This document shows positions 1 through 13,535 of a stretch of 64,000 nt of DNA, in pieces. Position 1 is the stretch's first letter. The number at the start of each line of letters is the position of its first letter. The stretch is from the human T2T-CHM13v2.0 reference genome, Homo sapiens, in assembly GCF_009914755.1 (NCBI RefSeq), contig NC_060928.1. One strand, written 5' to 3'. The notes beneath the pieces were generated by a model. It saw only the letters and a list, made by a program, of their open reading frames with translations, made no database searches and was not told the DNA's origin. Both the position numbers and the translations under genes were made by a program.

Positions 1-741
1 ATGGAGGTCGTATTCCCAGGGCCAATGAAGCCCGTGGGAAGCAGGCAGGGGGCGGGGCCTCCACTTCAAGCACCACTTTATTTTCAGGGACGTTTGCTAC
101 GTTTCCCACCTCTGGCCTTTCTCCACTCTTCACACCCTCGTCTCCCCAGTAGAGGAGAAGTGATTTACCTTATTGGGGAGCTTCAGAAGGAGCCCCTTTC
201 CTGCTTCTCTCTGAAGGGCCAGCTGTGCACACAGAGCTCACAGTGTCTCCTGCTCCTCTGTTCTCTGAGTCTCACAGGTGCAAGGCCTTGGTGGGCAACC
301 GTGTGTAATTCAGAGGTGAGGTATTACAAACCATATTCTCCAGTATCCATCAGCTTTGTTTTAAGAAAGAGGATATTTTACTCTCCATCTGCCATACCCT
401 GTGTCTACCTCCATGAGTTTTCAAATTAGTTAGGATGCAGGGGTGGCAATTATTAGGGTCCCTCAGACCCCGACATCCTAAAAAGAGAGAAAACAAGCTA
501 GCTTACTGTTTTCAAGGAAACTATGAGACAGAGAAGAAAAACAGAATTATTTGCATATTTAGCATGCAATAAACTTCATGCAAAGTAAAATGTGTATGAA
601 TGCAAGGAAATAGAAATAAAGATAATTGTGAACCACAACATTACCCAGTGCTAAAGGGAAACAAAAGTGAAGTAATTGAGGGAAAATGGGGTTAAATAAG
701 AAGGTCAGAGTTTAGATTAAAATGTTGAAGCAGAGACTTTA

Positions 742-1122
<381 letters not shown>

Positions 1123-1779
1123 TCATTGAACAGGCTGACAGACCTACACATGCCAGGCCTGGTTAACCCTGCTGAAAGTGTTAAGTCGAGACCATGGACG
1201 CTCACTGAAGAGTTTAGAGCCAAGGAATGGCCTGGCCTGACTTGCATGTTAGAAAACCCCTTGGGTGGAAGAGAGGAGAATGACCTGAAACCTTAAGATC
1301 TCAAGGAAGCCTGATAGGAGGTCACTGCATAATGATAAGTGGAATGATAAGGTGGAACTTCTAGTTGGGGTACTGGGGAGAAGGGGCTTGTGGGGCTGTT
1401 ACTGGCTTCTAGGGTGAGGCCATAAGAGTGCTCTGGGACAGCCTGGGTGAACTTGGGTGGTGAAGCTGGATAGAGACTGGACTCGGGCTGTCCCAGGGAT
1501 GGTGGTGGAAATGGGGCCTCAACACAGGCTCAGCTGGAAGATGGTGCAGAATCCTAAGGTAGGGTCCTCTGCAGTGCTTCCAGGTGATGGAGCTGTTTTC
1601 AAGAACATTAGGGCTCACCTTCTATAGAAGATATTTCTCCTTGAATTTATGGGATACTCATTTTAGTGTTCCATACCGAGTATTGTGTAACCAGAAATAC
1701 AAAATTTAAATTTCTGAAGTGATTTGGATTTTTGTTTTTAAATAAGTTTTGGTCAACAGAATAATTTAAACATTTCTCT

Positions 1780-3600
1780 AAAAAGCAGACATGCTTTGCA
1801 GCAAGTATTGCGGGGACAGCTGGATATCTACATGGAGAAGAATGAAGTCATGCTCTTTCCACACACCTAACACAAAAATTAACTCAAAGTGGATCACAGA
1901 CCTAAACATAAGAGTTAAAACTTTATCACTCTTAGGAGAAATTAAGGGAGTAAATCTTCATGATAATCTGGGCTTAGGCAAAGCCTTTTTAGATATGACA
2001 CAAAAAGCAGAACTGACAAAAGAGAAAACCGATGTTAGACATCATCAAAAGTTTAAACATTTTCTGCTTCAAAGGACGCCATCAAGAAAGTGAAAAGAAA
2101 GCTCACAGAAGGAGAAAAATATTTGCAAACCATATATCTAATAAAGGACTGGTATGCAGAATGTATAAAGAATGCTTACAACTCAAAAGACAAATAATCC
2201 AATTAAAAAATGAGAAAGTTCAAAGAGCTAAAAGCAGACCGACCATTGGACCCAGCAATCCCATTACTGGGTATATAACCAGAGTAAAATAAATTGTTCC
2301 ACCATAAAGACACATGCATGTGAATGTTCATCGCACCACTATTCACAATAGCAAAGATGTGGAATCAACCTAAATGCCCATCAGTGAGAGATTGAATAAA
2401 GAAAATCTGGTACATACACACCATGGAATACTATGCAGCCATAAAAAAGAATGAGATCATGCCTTTTGCGGGAACATGGAAGAAGCTGGAGGTTATTATT
2501 CTTAGCAAACTAACACAGGAACAGAAAACCAAATACTGCATGTTCTCATTTACAAGTGGGAGCTCAATGATGAGAACACATGGATATGAAGAGGGGAAAA
2601 ACAAAACACTGGGGCTGTTTGGAGGATGGAGGGTGAGAGGAGGGAGAGGATCAAGAAAAACAACTAATGGGCACTGAGCTTAATACCTGGGTGATGAAAA
2701 AAGCTGTTCAGACCACCACCCACCACCCCTGACACGAGTTTACCTATATAGAAAACAAAACAAACAAAAAAACATGGGAAAGGATTTGAATAGAATTTCT
2801 CCAGCAAAGATAGACAAATGCCAATAAGCACATGAGAAGATGCTCAACCTGACTCATTACTGGGAAACTGCAAACAAACCCACCGTGAAATATCACTTCA
2901 CACTCACTAGGATGGTTGTCATTAAGGACAGCTAGTACCAAATGTTGGCAAGGATGTAGAGAAATTCGAACTCTCCTACACTGTTTGTGGGAATGCAAAA
3001 TGGGGCAGCCAAGTTGGAAAATAGTCTGATAGTTCCTCAAAAGTTTAGCATAAAGTTACCATCTGACCCAGAAGTTCCACTCCTAGTGACAGACCCAAGA
3101 GAAATGAAAACGGGTCCACAAAAATGTGTTCATGAATGAAACACATGATGAAAATCAAAAAAGTGAGAAAAACTAATGTCTGTCCATAGGTGAACGAACA
3201 AATAAAATGAAGTATATCCATACAATGGAATAATTCTTTGTAAATGAAAGGAATGAAGTACTGATTCATGCTATAACCTTGAAACCATTATGCTAAGTGT
3301 AAGAAGCCATCTGCAAAGGACAACATATTGTGTTATTCTATGAAGTGTCCAGAACAGGCAAATCTGTAGAGCCAGAAAGCAGTTTCGTGGTTGCCTGGGG
3401 TGGTAGTGGGAGGAAATGGGGGTAACTGCTAGTGTACTAATGGGTTTGGAGTTTCTTTTTGGAGTGATAAAAATGTTCTAAAGTTTGTGATAGTTGCACA
3501 ACTCAGTGAATACACTAAAAGCTGTTGAATTGTACACTTCAAATGGATGAATTGTATGGTGTGTGAATTCAATCTCAATAAAGCGCTATATTTTTAAAAA
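1780..3600 (+). mobile_element. Old L1 (L1M-type) 3' fragment, interrupted by a younger L1
   Basis: Degenerate ORF2 C-terminal peptide (TKINSKWITDLNIR) and L1M 3' UTR ending in aataaa near 3577. Confidence 0.8.
2219..2770 (+). mobile_element. 5'-truncated L1PA (older PA-type) nested in the L1M
   Basis: [19 protein letters not shown] peptide, A-rich tail at 2750-2772, degenerate TSD aaaatgagaaag / aacatgggaaag. Confidence 0.8.
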
Positions 3601-3864
3601 GTTAATATGCATAGTATATTTAAAATGTAATTCCCTCCTCCCCGCCCCCAGTTCCTTCCTTCTTTCCTTCCTTCCTTCCTTCCTCCCCCATGCTTAATTT
3701 ATAAGCCTGAGATAGAATATGTTTAGATCCATGAAATAAAGCGTAATTATATTGTTAGTTGGGTAATAAGAAAAGAGAGCAAGGCAAAAGTGAAAAGTTC
3801 ATTTAATTTGAGAAACTGCAGGCAGAGAGGATATCTGAGGTTTGAGCAAGTCCCCTTAATGACA

Positions 3865-3940
3865 TTGATTCATTTTTTATTCAACACATATTTACGGGAC
3901 GTGTATTAAACATTTGAGGCACTGTACTAGGTGCTACTTT
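3865..3940 (-). mobile_element. L2 3' end fragment
   Basis: ttcattttttattcaacacatatttac...ggcactgtactaggtgct resembles an inverted L2 terminus. Confidence 0.6.
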
Positions 3941-4768
3941 ATGATTTCACAGCAACATACGAGTATATTTTCCATAGCACGCACCTGAGACCAAGTTTTA
4001 AATGTTTTATAACAAGTCTGTTGAGGCTACCTCCTTCCTTTTTTCTAGCAAGTCATTTACAGTAGCTGACTTTGGTCTATCACAAATTGCTTACAATGAT
4101 AAAACCCACAATCACACTTGGAAATCTCTTGCTATTTACAGAAATGCAAAGCACTTTCTTGGAAAATTCATAAAATAGCTGTGAGTCTTGAATAATGCCT
4201 GAGTGTGTCTTGTAGCACCGTTGGGGATCTCAGAGCCACAGGGAGTGGGGTGTGGAGAAACTGAGTCTGCCTATTGTGGGTCCTCCCTCCACCACTGGGG
4301 CTGCAGATCTACTTTGGTTTAGGAGGACTGAACACTTGACCCAGCCGAGGCCCCTAGAGATATGGGCTGATGATGAAATAGCTTTCAGGAGAATTGGGTC
4401 TACAGGATCAAGTCAGAACCCACCTCTTATCAGAGCAAACCCAAGCCTTGGGTCCAGGTGACTTCAAGGTGCTATCTCAGGACCACCCCAGACCCTCTGA
4501 ACCTGCATCTCTGGAGGTGGGTCAGATGAGGCTTAAAAGCCCAGGAAGTTTGCAAACTACTGTCTATGATGAACTCGGCTCTGAGGTGGACTCCCAAGGT
4601 CCCTTTAAAAGTAAAGGAAACTAGGACCTTATAAGTGAGGACTGTTGGAGGCTAAAAGGAATCCCCTGGGCCAGATCTAGTTGATGCTTAGATCCTCACA
4701 ACTTAATTGAATTGGATTCCAGAGATTAGGCATATGGACAGGAAGAGTGGTCACTCATCTCATCTTTA

Positions 4769-6304
4769 TTATTATTATTATTTTGTCTTTTTTTTTTGTT
4801 TGTTTACTTTAAGTTCGGGGATACATGTGCAGAACGTGCAGGTTTGTTACATGTGCCATGGTAGTTTGCTGCACCTATCAATCCATCATCTAGGTTTTAA
4901 GCCCTGCGTGCATTAGGTATTTGTCCTAAGGCTCTCCCTCCCCCTGCCTCCTACCACTTACCCCAACAAGGCTCGGTGTGTGCCGTTCTCCTCCCTGTGT
5001 CCATGTGTTCTCATTGTTCAACTCCCACTTATGAGTGAAAACATGCAGTATTTGGTTTTCTGTTCCTGTGTTAATTTTCTGAGAACGATGGCTTCTAGCT
5101 TCATCCGTGTCCCTGCAAAGGACATGATCTCATTCTTTTTTATGGCTGCATAGTATCGCATGGTATATATGTGCCACATCTTCTTTATCCAATCTGTCAT
5201 TGATGGACATGTGGGTTGGTTCTAAGTCTTTGACATTGTAAATAGTGCTGCAATAAACCTATGTGTGTATGTGTCTTTATAGTAGAATGATTTATAATCT
5301 TTTGGGTATATACCCGGTAATGGGATTGCTGGGCCAAATGGTATTTCTGGTTCTAGATCCTTGAGGAATTGCCACATTGTCTTCCACAATGGTTGAACTA
5401 ATTTACAGTCCCACCATCAGTGTAAAAGCATTTTATTTCTCCACAGCCTCGCCAGCATCTATTGTTTCCTGACTTTTTAATAATCGTCCAAAAAGAGCCC
5501 GTATAGCCAAGACAATTGTAAGCAAAAAGAACAAAGCTGGAGGTATCATGCTATCTGACTTGAAACTATATTACAAGGCTACAGTAACCAAAACAGCATG
5601 GTACTGGTACCAAAACAGATATATAGACCAATGGAACAGAACAGAGACCTCAGAAATAACACTGCACATCTACAACCATCTGATCTTCAACAGAGCTGAC
5701 AAAAACATGCCATGGGGAAAGATTCCCTACTTAATAAATTATGCTGAGAAAACTGGCTAGCCATGTGCAGAAAGCTGAAACTGGATCCCTTCCTTACACC
5801 TTATGCAAAAATTAACTCAAGATAGATTAAAGACTTAAAGGTAAAACCAAAACCATAAAAACCCTAGAAGAAAACCCAGGCAATACCATTCAGGACATAG
5901 GCATGGGCAAAAACCTCATGACTAAAACACCAAAAGCAATGGCAACAAAACCTAAAATTGACAAATGAGATCTAATTAAACTAAAGAGCTTCTGCACAGC
6001 AAAAGAAATTATCATCAGAGTGAACAGGCAACCTACAGAATGGAAGAAAATTTCTACAATCTACCTATCTGACAAAGGTCTAATATCAGAATCTACAAGG
6101 AACGTAAACAAATTTACAAGAAAAAACAACACCATCAAAAACTGGGCAAAGGATATGAACAGACACTTCTCAAAAGAAGACACTTATGAAGCCAAGAAGC
6201 ATATGAAAAAAAGTTCATTATCACTGTTCATTAGAGAACTGCAAATCAAAACCGCAATGAGATACCATCTCATGCCAGTCAGAATGGCGATTATTAAAAA
6301 GTCA
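4769..6304 (-). mobile_element. 5'-inverted (twin-primed) L1PA (PA7/8-like)
   Basis: Minus-strand 3' end at 4769-5486, plus-strand ORF2 segment at 5488-6304, 14 bp TSD tcatctcatcttta at 4755-4768 and 6302-6315. Confidence 0.92.
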
Positions 6305-6583
6305 TCTCATCTTTAATCTGAGGCTCATTCCTTTCATTTGTCCTCGGTAGACCAACCCAATTATCTTTGTCCTGGAATCAGCCGTGAAGTTGAAAAGTAA
6401 TCCAGGAGACAAAGTGTCTATACATATTCCTAGCAGATTTTAGTCCTATGGAAAAAAATACATTTAGAGAAAGTGGAATTTTCCTAAGGAGAACAATGTA
6501 ATTTTAAAACAAAAATAAAAGGGAACAAATTTTCACCAAATAATTAAGCCATAAAAAATGTATGCATTATTTAAGTAAAAAGC

Positions 6584-6716
6584 TTTATTTTTTTCCCTCA
6601 GTGTCTGAATCTTCTTTATTGTTTACCAGGATTCATGATTCCTTTTGTAACTTGTTCTCAGTCATTTATTCAGTTGAGTAATTACACTTTGTCAGACAAA
6701 TATCTAAAGTTTTATT
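6584..6716 (-). terminator. Distal polyadenylation signal cluster (AATAAA x4)
   Basis: Plus-strand tttatt at 6584-6589, 6615-6620, 6665-6670 and 6711-6716. T-rich minus-strand tract near 6550-6560. Confidence 0.75.
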
Positions 6717-7248
6717 ATGTAACTTGCAGATTTTCAGGACGAGTGAAGGAGGAAAATGGCAGAAGAGTTCAGGAAAGACAAAAATGCAAGACTGTGTCTA
6801 AGTTTATGCCTCTCTTGAGTTTGATGATCCAATTTTAATTTAATCATTTGAGTATCTCTTAGGGATTCTTCCTCCACAGTGGAGGAAAGTGGGCTCTACT
6901 GAATTCATTGGAACACCGTCCTTTAAGGAGAAAGAAACTTTGAACAATAGACGTCTTTTTCAACAACTACTGCCAATGTTTTGAAAGTTGTCATTTGTTT
7001 TCAGCTAGATAACAAAGGCTGAAGAGTTGCCTTCTTTCCAATTGATCCGATGGTTTACTGGCGCTTTTAAAACACATTACATAAATCTTTAGAAATCTTT
7101 TGTGAAGGTAAATTCAGTATTTTTAAGCAGTGATCCTTTGCTCTCATGATTCATGGCATGGAGACAGCACCCAGCTTTCCTGAATCAAGGTGAACGTTGA
7201 TATTCAGTTTTCAAGGTAACACACCATATAAGGCCTCCATCGTCCTGA

Positions 7249-7647
<399 letters not shown>

Positions 7648-9032
7648 AAACTCATTTTTTAATGCAGTGATAGTGTATGCAAGTATATATATGTATATAG
7701 ATATAAATGATCATGTAAAAAGGAGTTATTTCTTGTGTTACAATTTCTCCTATAGCAAACACAGATGACTAAGCTAAAAATATTTCAACTCAGGCTCAGT
7801 GGCTCTTCTCAAAGGTATCAAAAGAACTTAGGTCTCAAAGGTGGTACTTTGGCCAAACTGTTTCCTAATCAAACGACCAGTTAGTTGGTCAGTGACTGGG
7901 ACTCTGCTCCATCATGCTCTCTCCATTCTCCACCCAGCACCATTTTCTTTGGAATTCTATGCCACTCAAAGACTGTTGTTGAGCAAGCCATGCTGCAGGG
8001 GTACTGGTGTCCAGGATTAAGGCTTAGTGCATCACCTCTCTGAGCAACCCACCGAGATCCTTGCTGATGCCTCCACATTCTCATCAGTGAGCCAGCCCTT
8101 TCCCAGGCTATAATGTCATGTCAGGGATTGCTCTTGTCTGCACCCTATATTGGGAGCCACAGAGTGGCATGTCTGAGGAAGCCTTTGCACAGGTGAACGG
8201 ACAGGGAAGGCAGGCAGGCCATCCATTTGTCCATCAATATGCAGGGCCTGCTATGTGCCGGGCTTCATGCCACGATACACTATGTGTGATAAGTCTCACA
8301 GAAGCCCATGTCCATCAGAAGCTTTTCTGCTCCTCAAGGCAAGAGAGAAATTTTCGTGCACTCAGACTTTGGGAGGGCACTCATGTCTTTCACCTTGTTC
8401 TATGAGTTCTCCAATCCTTAGTGATTTATTTATTTTTTGATTGATTGGTGATCCATGCTAAGTTACGTCCTTTCTGGAGCTCAGTATAAGATGAAAAAAT
8501 TCCATGAGCTGGGTCAGAAATAGACAGTAGCTTTTGCTTTCATGTAGACCTCCTTTTATCAGGGATGGAAGGAACAGTACAGGATTGTGGCCACAGACAC
8601 TGAGGATGGCTCCTGGGTGTGGACAGGGCACAGACAAGGGCCTGGTCTGAGGGGGTCCTTTGTGCAAGGTGGGACAGAGAGGGGCCCAGAGCCACGTCTG
8701 TCTGCAATAACCACTCCAAGTTTGGTTGCTGCAGGAGCAGGTCCCTGCTCAGAGAGTTCATCCTGAGTAACGTGAAAAGAAAGGAGAAAATGACATATAA
8801 CTGCACAAATGGAAAGCTAGGATTTTCCTACCTTCTGGAAAAACAAGGTTTGTATCTTTTTTAACAAGTAGGAACTTTTATGTATAGAATTATCCAAGAA
8901 TAATGTATTTACAATGTGCATGGTCTTGATTGTGTTAATGAAGCTATTATTCACACATAAAATGAAAATCATCTGGCTTTGGAGGCCCACTTTGCTGATG
9001 GTGTTTTTTTCTGAGACAAGCAATATGATCAG

Positions 9033-9238
9033 TTATGCAAGCAGGAAGAGAAGAATCAGTGCCAGGGCACAGTGGCTGGGCCAGACAGGCGGGGCAGTGC
9101 CGGCGCGGCCCTTCAGCATGCACATCACCCTGGACCAGGATCCGTTGTTGGGCAGCGGGGTGATGCCCACCACATTGCACATGACATTGTAGACGTCCAC
9201 CGACCTGATAGGAGCAGCTCTGAAGTTGGATTTGAAAT
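9033..9238 (-). CDS. ENPP6: ENPP6 last coding exon (exon 8) with GPI-anchor signal and TAA stop
   Basis: Translates (D)[70 protein letters not shown]-family PNNGS motif and hydrophobic C-terminus. Acceptor ccctttcag. Confidence 0.97.
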
Positions 9239-9480
9239 CTGAAAGGGAAAGGCAAACAAACAAGTTGTCATGGCAGCTCCAGGGCAGAGGTGGGCTGAAC
9301 GCAATAAAGAAGAATTACATTCAGGCTGCAGGTGACATTGAGATTAGGGAATCAGCTCCATCAGTGGGGTGTGGCCTAGTGAGTGTGAACATAGAAGGGT
9401 ATCCGGAAGGCTGTAGGTTAGAAAGGGAAACAGCTTTCTATGGCTCATGGAGATGAATTTCTTTAAAAGACAAGCAGCAG

Positions 9481-9758
9481 AGCCAGGCTTGGGGGCTCAC
9501 ACCTGTAGTCTCAGCAAGTTGGGAGGGCGAGGAGGGAGGATTGCCTGAGCCCAGGAGTTTGAGACCAGCCTGGATGACAGAGCAAGACACTATCTCTAAA
9601 AAAAATTTTTTAAACCAGGCATGGTGGTGTGCTCCCAGCTACTCGGAAGGCTGAGGTAAGGAGATCACTTAAGCCCAGGAGTTCAAGGCTGCAGTGAGCC
9701 ATGATAGTGCCACTGTACTCCAGCCTGGGCAAGAGAGCAAGATCCTGTCTCAAAAAAA
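9481..9758 (+). mobile_element. AluJ-like
   Basis: Diverged dimeric Alu with gagcccaggagtt and aggctgcagtgagcc. Confidence 0.9.
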
Positions 9759-11136
9759 GGTAATCAGCAAACAGACTTTCTTTGTGCATAACTGTGCTCT
9801 CTTTGTGACAACAGCACTTTCTTTGGGGGCTGCGGGGAGGCTGAAGTGCCATCTGATGCTGCTCCATGTCTGCAGAGAGCACAGCAGAGCCTGTATGGTC
9901 ACAGAGTGACTGTCTTGCCCTTAACCAAATTAAATGCTATGTCATTTTTCAGAACATCTATCTAGCCCGGACCGACAGCCAGAGTGCCAGCGTCTACTGC
10001 AGAGGCCGCACGGCAACTCAAGAATGTTTTCTCACTTTGCTGCCCCATCGAGGTCACAGGTCTTGATGGAATGTGAAACTGCAGTTTTCTCGGTGCTCGC
10101 TAGCTCAGCAGCCATGGCGATGGTTTCCTAAATACATTTGGAAGATGAGTGGAACACTCTTTGGGAGCATTTTACCAACAGATAAAATACATTAGCCATG
10201 TGGAAAATGAGCAAACTGGTATCTGAATCAGGGATCCATGTGCAGGCTCTGAGCGATCTAATGGAGAAGACCACTGTGCCTCTGCCCAGAGTGGCCCCAA
10301 GCTCGAGAGTCACGCAAGAACACACAGGTAGGGTGGCCACACGCAGCACGGTGAGTGAGGGACACCGAGGGTGACTCCACAAGTCTTTGGAGGGATTTCA
10401 ATCAAGGGATTTCTTCTTCTCTACAGCGGGCAGATGAGAGGCAGAATTCAAAGCACTTGTCCATTTAAAGAGTGAATGTAAGATTTTAGTAATACACAAA
10501 AGCAACTTCACTTTTAGGCCCCAAACCAGAGCTTGTAACAAAATATCCAATGCTACATTAAGGTTGAATTCAGGGAGGAGATTTAAGCCATTGATAAAGG
10601 CCTGTGCCTGTGCTTTCTAGTTCCCCTACAACTTTTGAAGGAAATGAGTTGTTTGGGGGCCGTAAAGCCAAGTTTTTTAAGATATTAGAAATAATCTTTG
10701 TAATTGCTTTGCTAAAGAATCCTAAATACTTTAGTTAAAAAGCAAACAAACAACAACACACAGCAATATATTGCAGAGGTATCAACACCAAATTCTGCTC
10801 CTCTATTTATCCTGGAATTATAAATTGGAAAAAAGCTAAATATAGATACTTCTGCCACATAGTATGTTAGATCCAGGGCAACTGCCCAAATAGCACGTTT
10901 TGCTCCCTTTGGAGAATTAAAGTTGAATCCAATATAAAGAGGTGTGTGGGCTCTACCGCCAGCCTGCACCCAGCATGCACTAGCTGGGTGACCTCCGGAA
11001 ATAGGCATAGAAAGTCATCGTTCCTGGAACACTGTGTATACCCAGTAAATGGTCACTACTATTATTAATAAATATTTATGACAAGGACAAATCGTGGTTT
11101 GAATATATTCACTTTCTAAATTATCTGGAGGGTTTA

Positions 11137-11584
<448 letters not shown>

Positions 11585-11841
11585 TCAGGCAGATCAGACA
11601 ATCAGATGAGGATGGTAGTTACACTTCCCTATCCGAGGAATCAAGTGCAGCACGAGAATCCAGTGGAACGGTTGTTCCAGCAGCATGGAAGCAACTCTTC
11701 TATCTTCTTCTCATGTGACCTGGATGTGATAATTCTACTGCCACATGGGGCCATGCCTTGCTGTGTGTGGGTGGGAGGGCATGTGAGGCAGTGGACCAGA
11801 GTAAGCCCAGGTGTCCCGCAGGCTTTCAAATATCCATTTGT

Positions 11842-12140
11842 GGCTGGGCACTATGGCTCACACCTGTAATCCAAGCACTTTGGGAGGCTGAGGCAGGAGG
11901 ATGGCTTGAGGCTGAGGAGTGCAAGACCAGCCTGGGCAATATGGCAAGACCTCAACTCTGCAAAAATAAAAAATTAGCTAGGTGCGGTGGTGTGTGCCTG
12001 TAGTCCCAACTACTCAGGAGGCTGAGGCAGGAGGATCTCTTGAACCCAGGAGATGGAGGCTACAAGTAAGCCATCATGCCACTGCACTCCAGCCTCGATG
12101 ACAGAGAAAGACCATCTCTAAAAAACAAAACAAAACAAAA
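11842..12140 (+). mobile_element. AluJ-like
   Basis: Diverged dimeric Alu with (AAAAC)n tail. Confidence 0.9.
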
Positions 12141-13221
12141 ATCCTCTTCTTTAACACTTCACAGGAAAAACTGAGATCAAATTCTTCTGACAAAAGTATT
12201 AGAAAATATTATCTTTTTACACTGGAAATATGAAATCGAATTCTGTGCATTTAAGCATAAAGGAGGATTGAGATTTCTTTCCCATCCCACCTAGTTCGTG
12301 GCCTCCTGCTGCGCAGGGATAGTGCTTTGGGCTCAGTGCAGAAATAATCCAGGCTGGAATGAGAAAGCTTTTAGAAAATTCCTGAAGAGCAAAACAATGC
12401 CTGATCCAACTGAGGACCCAGACAGGCTCTACTAGCTGAAGATGGCATTTCAGACATGGACAGAGAGTCCAAGTTATCCTCGCGTGTTTACATTTTTTTG
12501 GATATGAGACGTGTGTCTCTTACAGAAAGGAGGTTCTGCAGGCTTACACTGTGGCTGGCCACCTGGGGCTGCCTTCCCAGTGGGGCTTGCTAGCTCGCAG
12601 GCAGCTCACTGACTCCCACTCCTGCTGTCTTATCTCGAACGTGGAGTTCTCCAGGGCAAGATTAGACTGTTCAAATTAGAAACTGGGATTAACAAGAGTG
12701 AGGCTCTCCTGCAGAATTACTTCCCTTTCTCTTTGCTGGACCAGACTCACTGACTTCTGAGGCTGCATCTGGGCAGCCGCAATGATGCCCAGCTTTCCCC
12801 CTAAGGGAGAAGCACATACAGTTAATCAGGAGGGATGCACCTTTATCTCAAAGTGCAGCCAGATAGCTATTAAAGGCCTTGCTCTTAAATTTTCTTCTCA
12901 GTAAACAGCCAGTGTGTAAAGCTGTTTAATCTTTCATGAGAACTGGAGCCAGAACGTGATGGTTTGCGGGAGGCTCTCCACGCTGTATCTGCCTGGAAAC
13001 ATTTTGCAATTAGCGCAGTCCATTTTCATCAGGGGTCATCTATCTGTCTGTAAAAGACTGGGCGCTTTTAGTGTTACAGGAACCTGTGACGGAGGCCTCT
13101 GTTAATGGACAGAATCTCTTCACCAAATTTTAACTTTAAGCTAATGCAGCTTTGGGGACCTTGTTTAAAATTTGGGGTTTGGGGCTAGATTTGGTTCTGC
13201 TTTAAAATATTCCTGAGACTC

Positions 13222-13535
13222 GGCTGGGCGTGGTGGCTCACGTCTGAAATTCCAGCACTTTGGGAGGCTGAGACGGGCAGATCACCTGAGGTCAGGAGTT
13301 TGAGACCAGCCTGGCCAATATGGTGAAACCCCATCTCTAAGAAAAATATAAAAATTAGCCAGGCGTGGTGGTGGGCTCCAGGAATCCCAGCTATTGAGGT
13401 GGCTAAGGCAAGAGAATTGTTTGAACCCAGGAGGTGGAGGTTGCAGTGAGCTGAGATGGCACCATTGCACTCCAGACTGGGTGACAAGAAACTGTCTCAA
13501 AAAAAAAATATATCTATATATATATATAGATATAT
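13222..13535 (+). mobile_element. AluS with (TA)n-derived tail
   Basis: TSD atattcctgagactc at 13207-13221 and 13536-13550. Confidence 0.94.
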
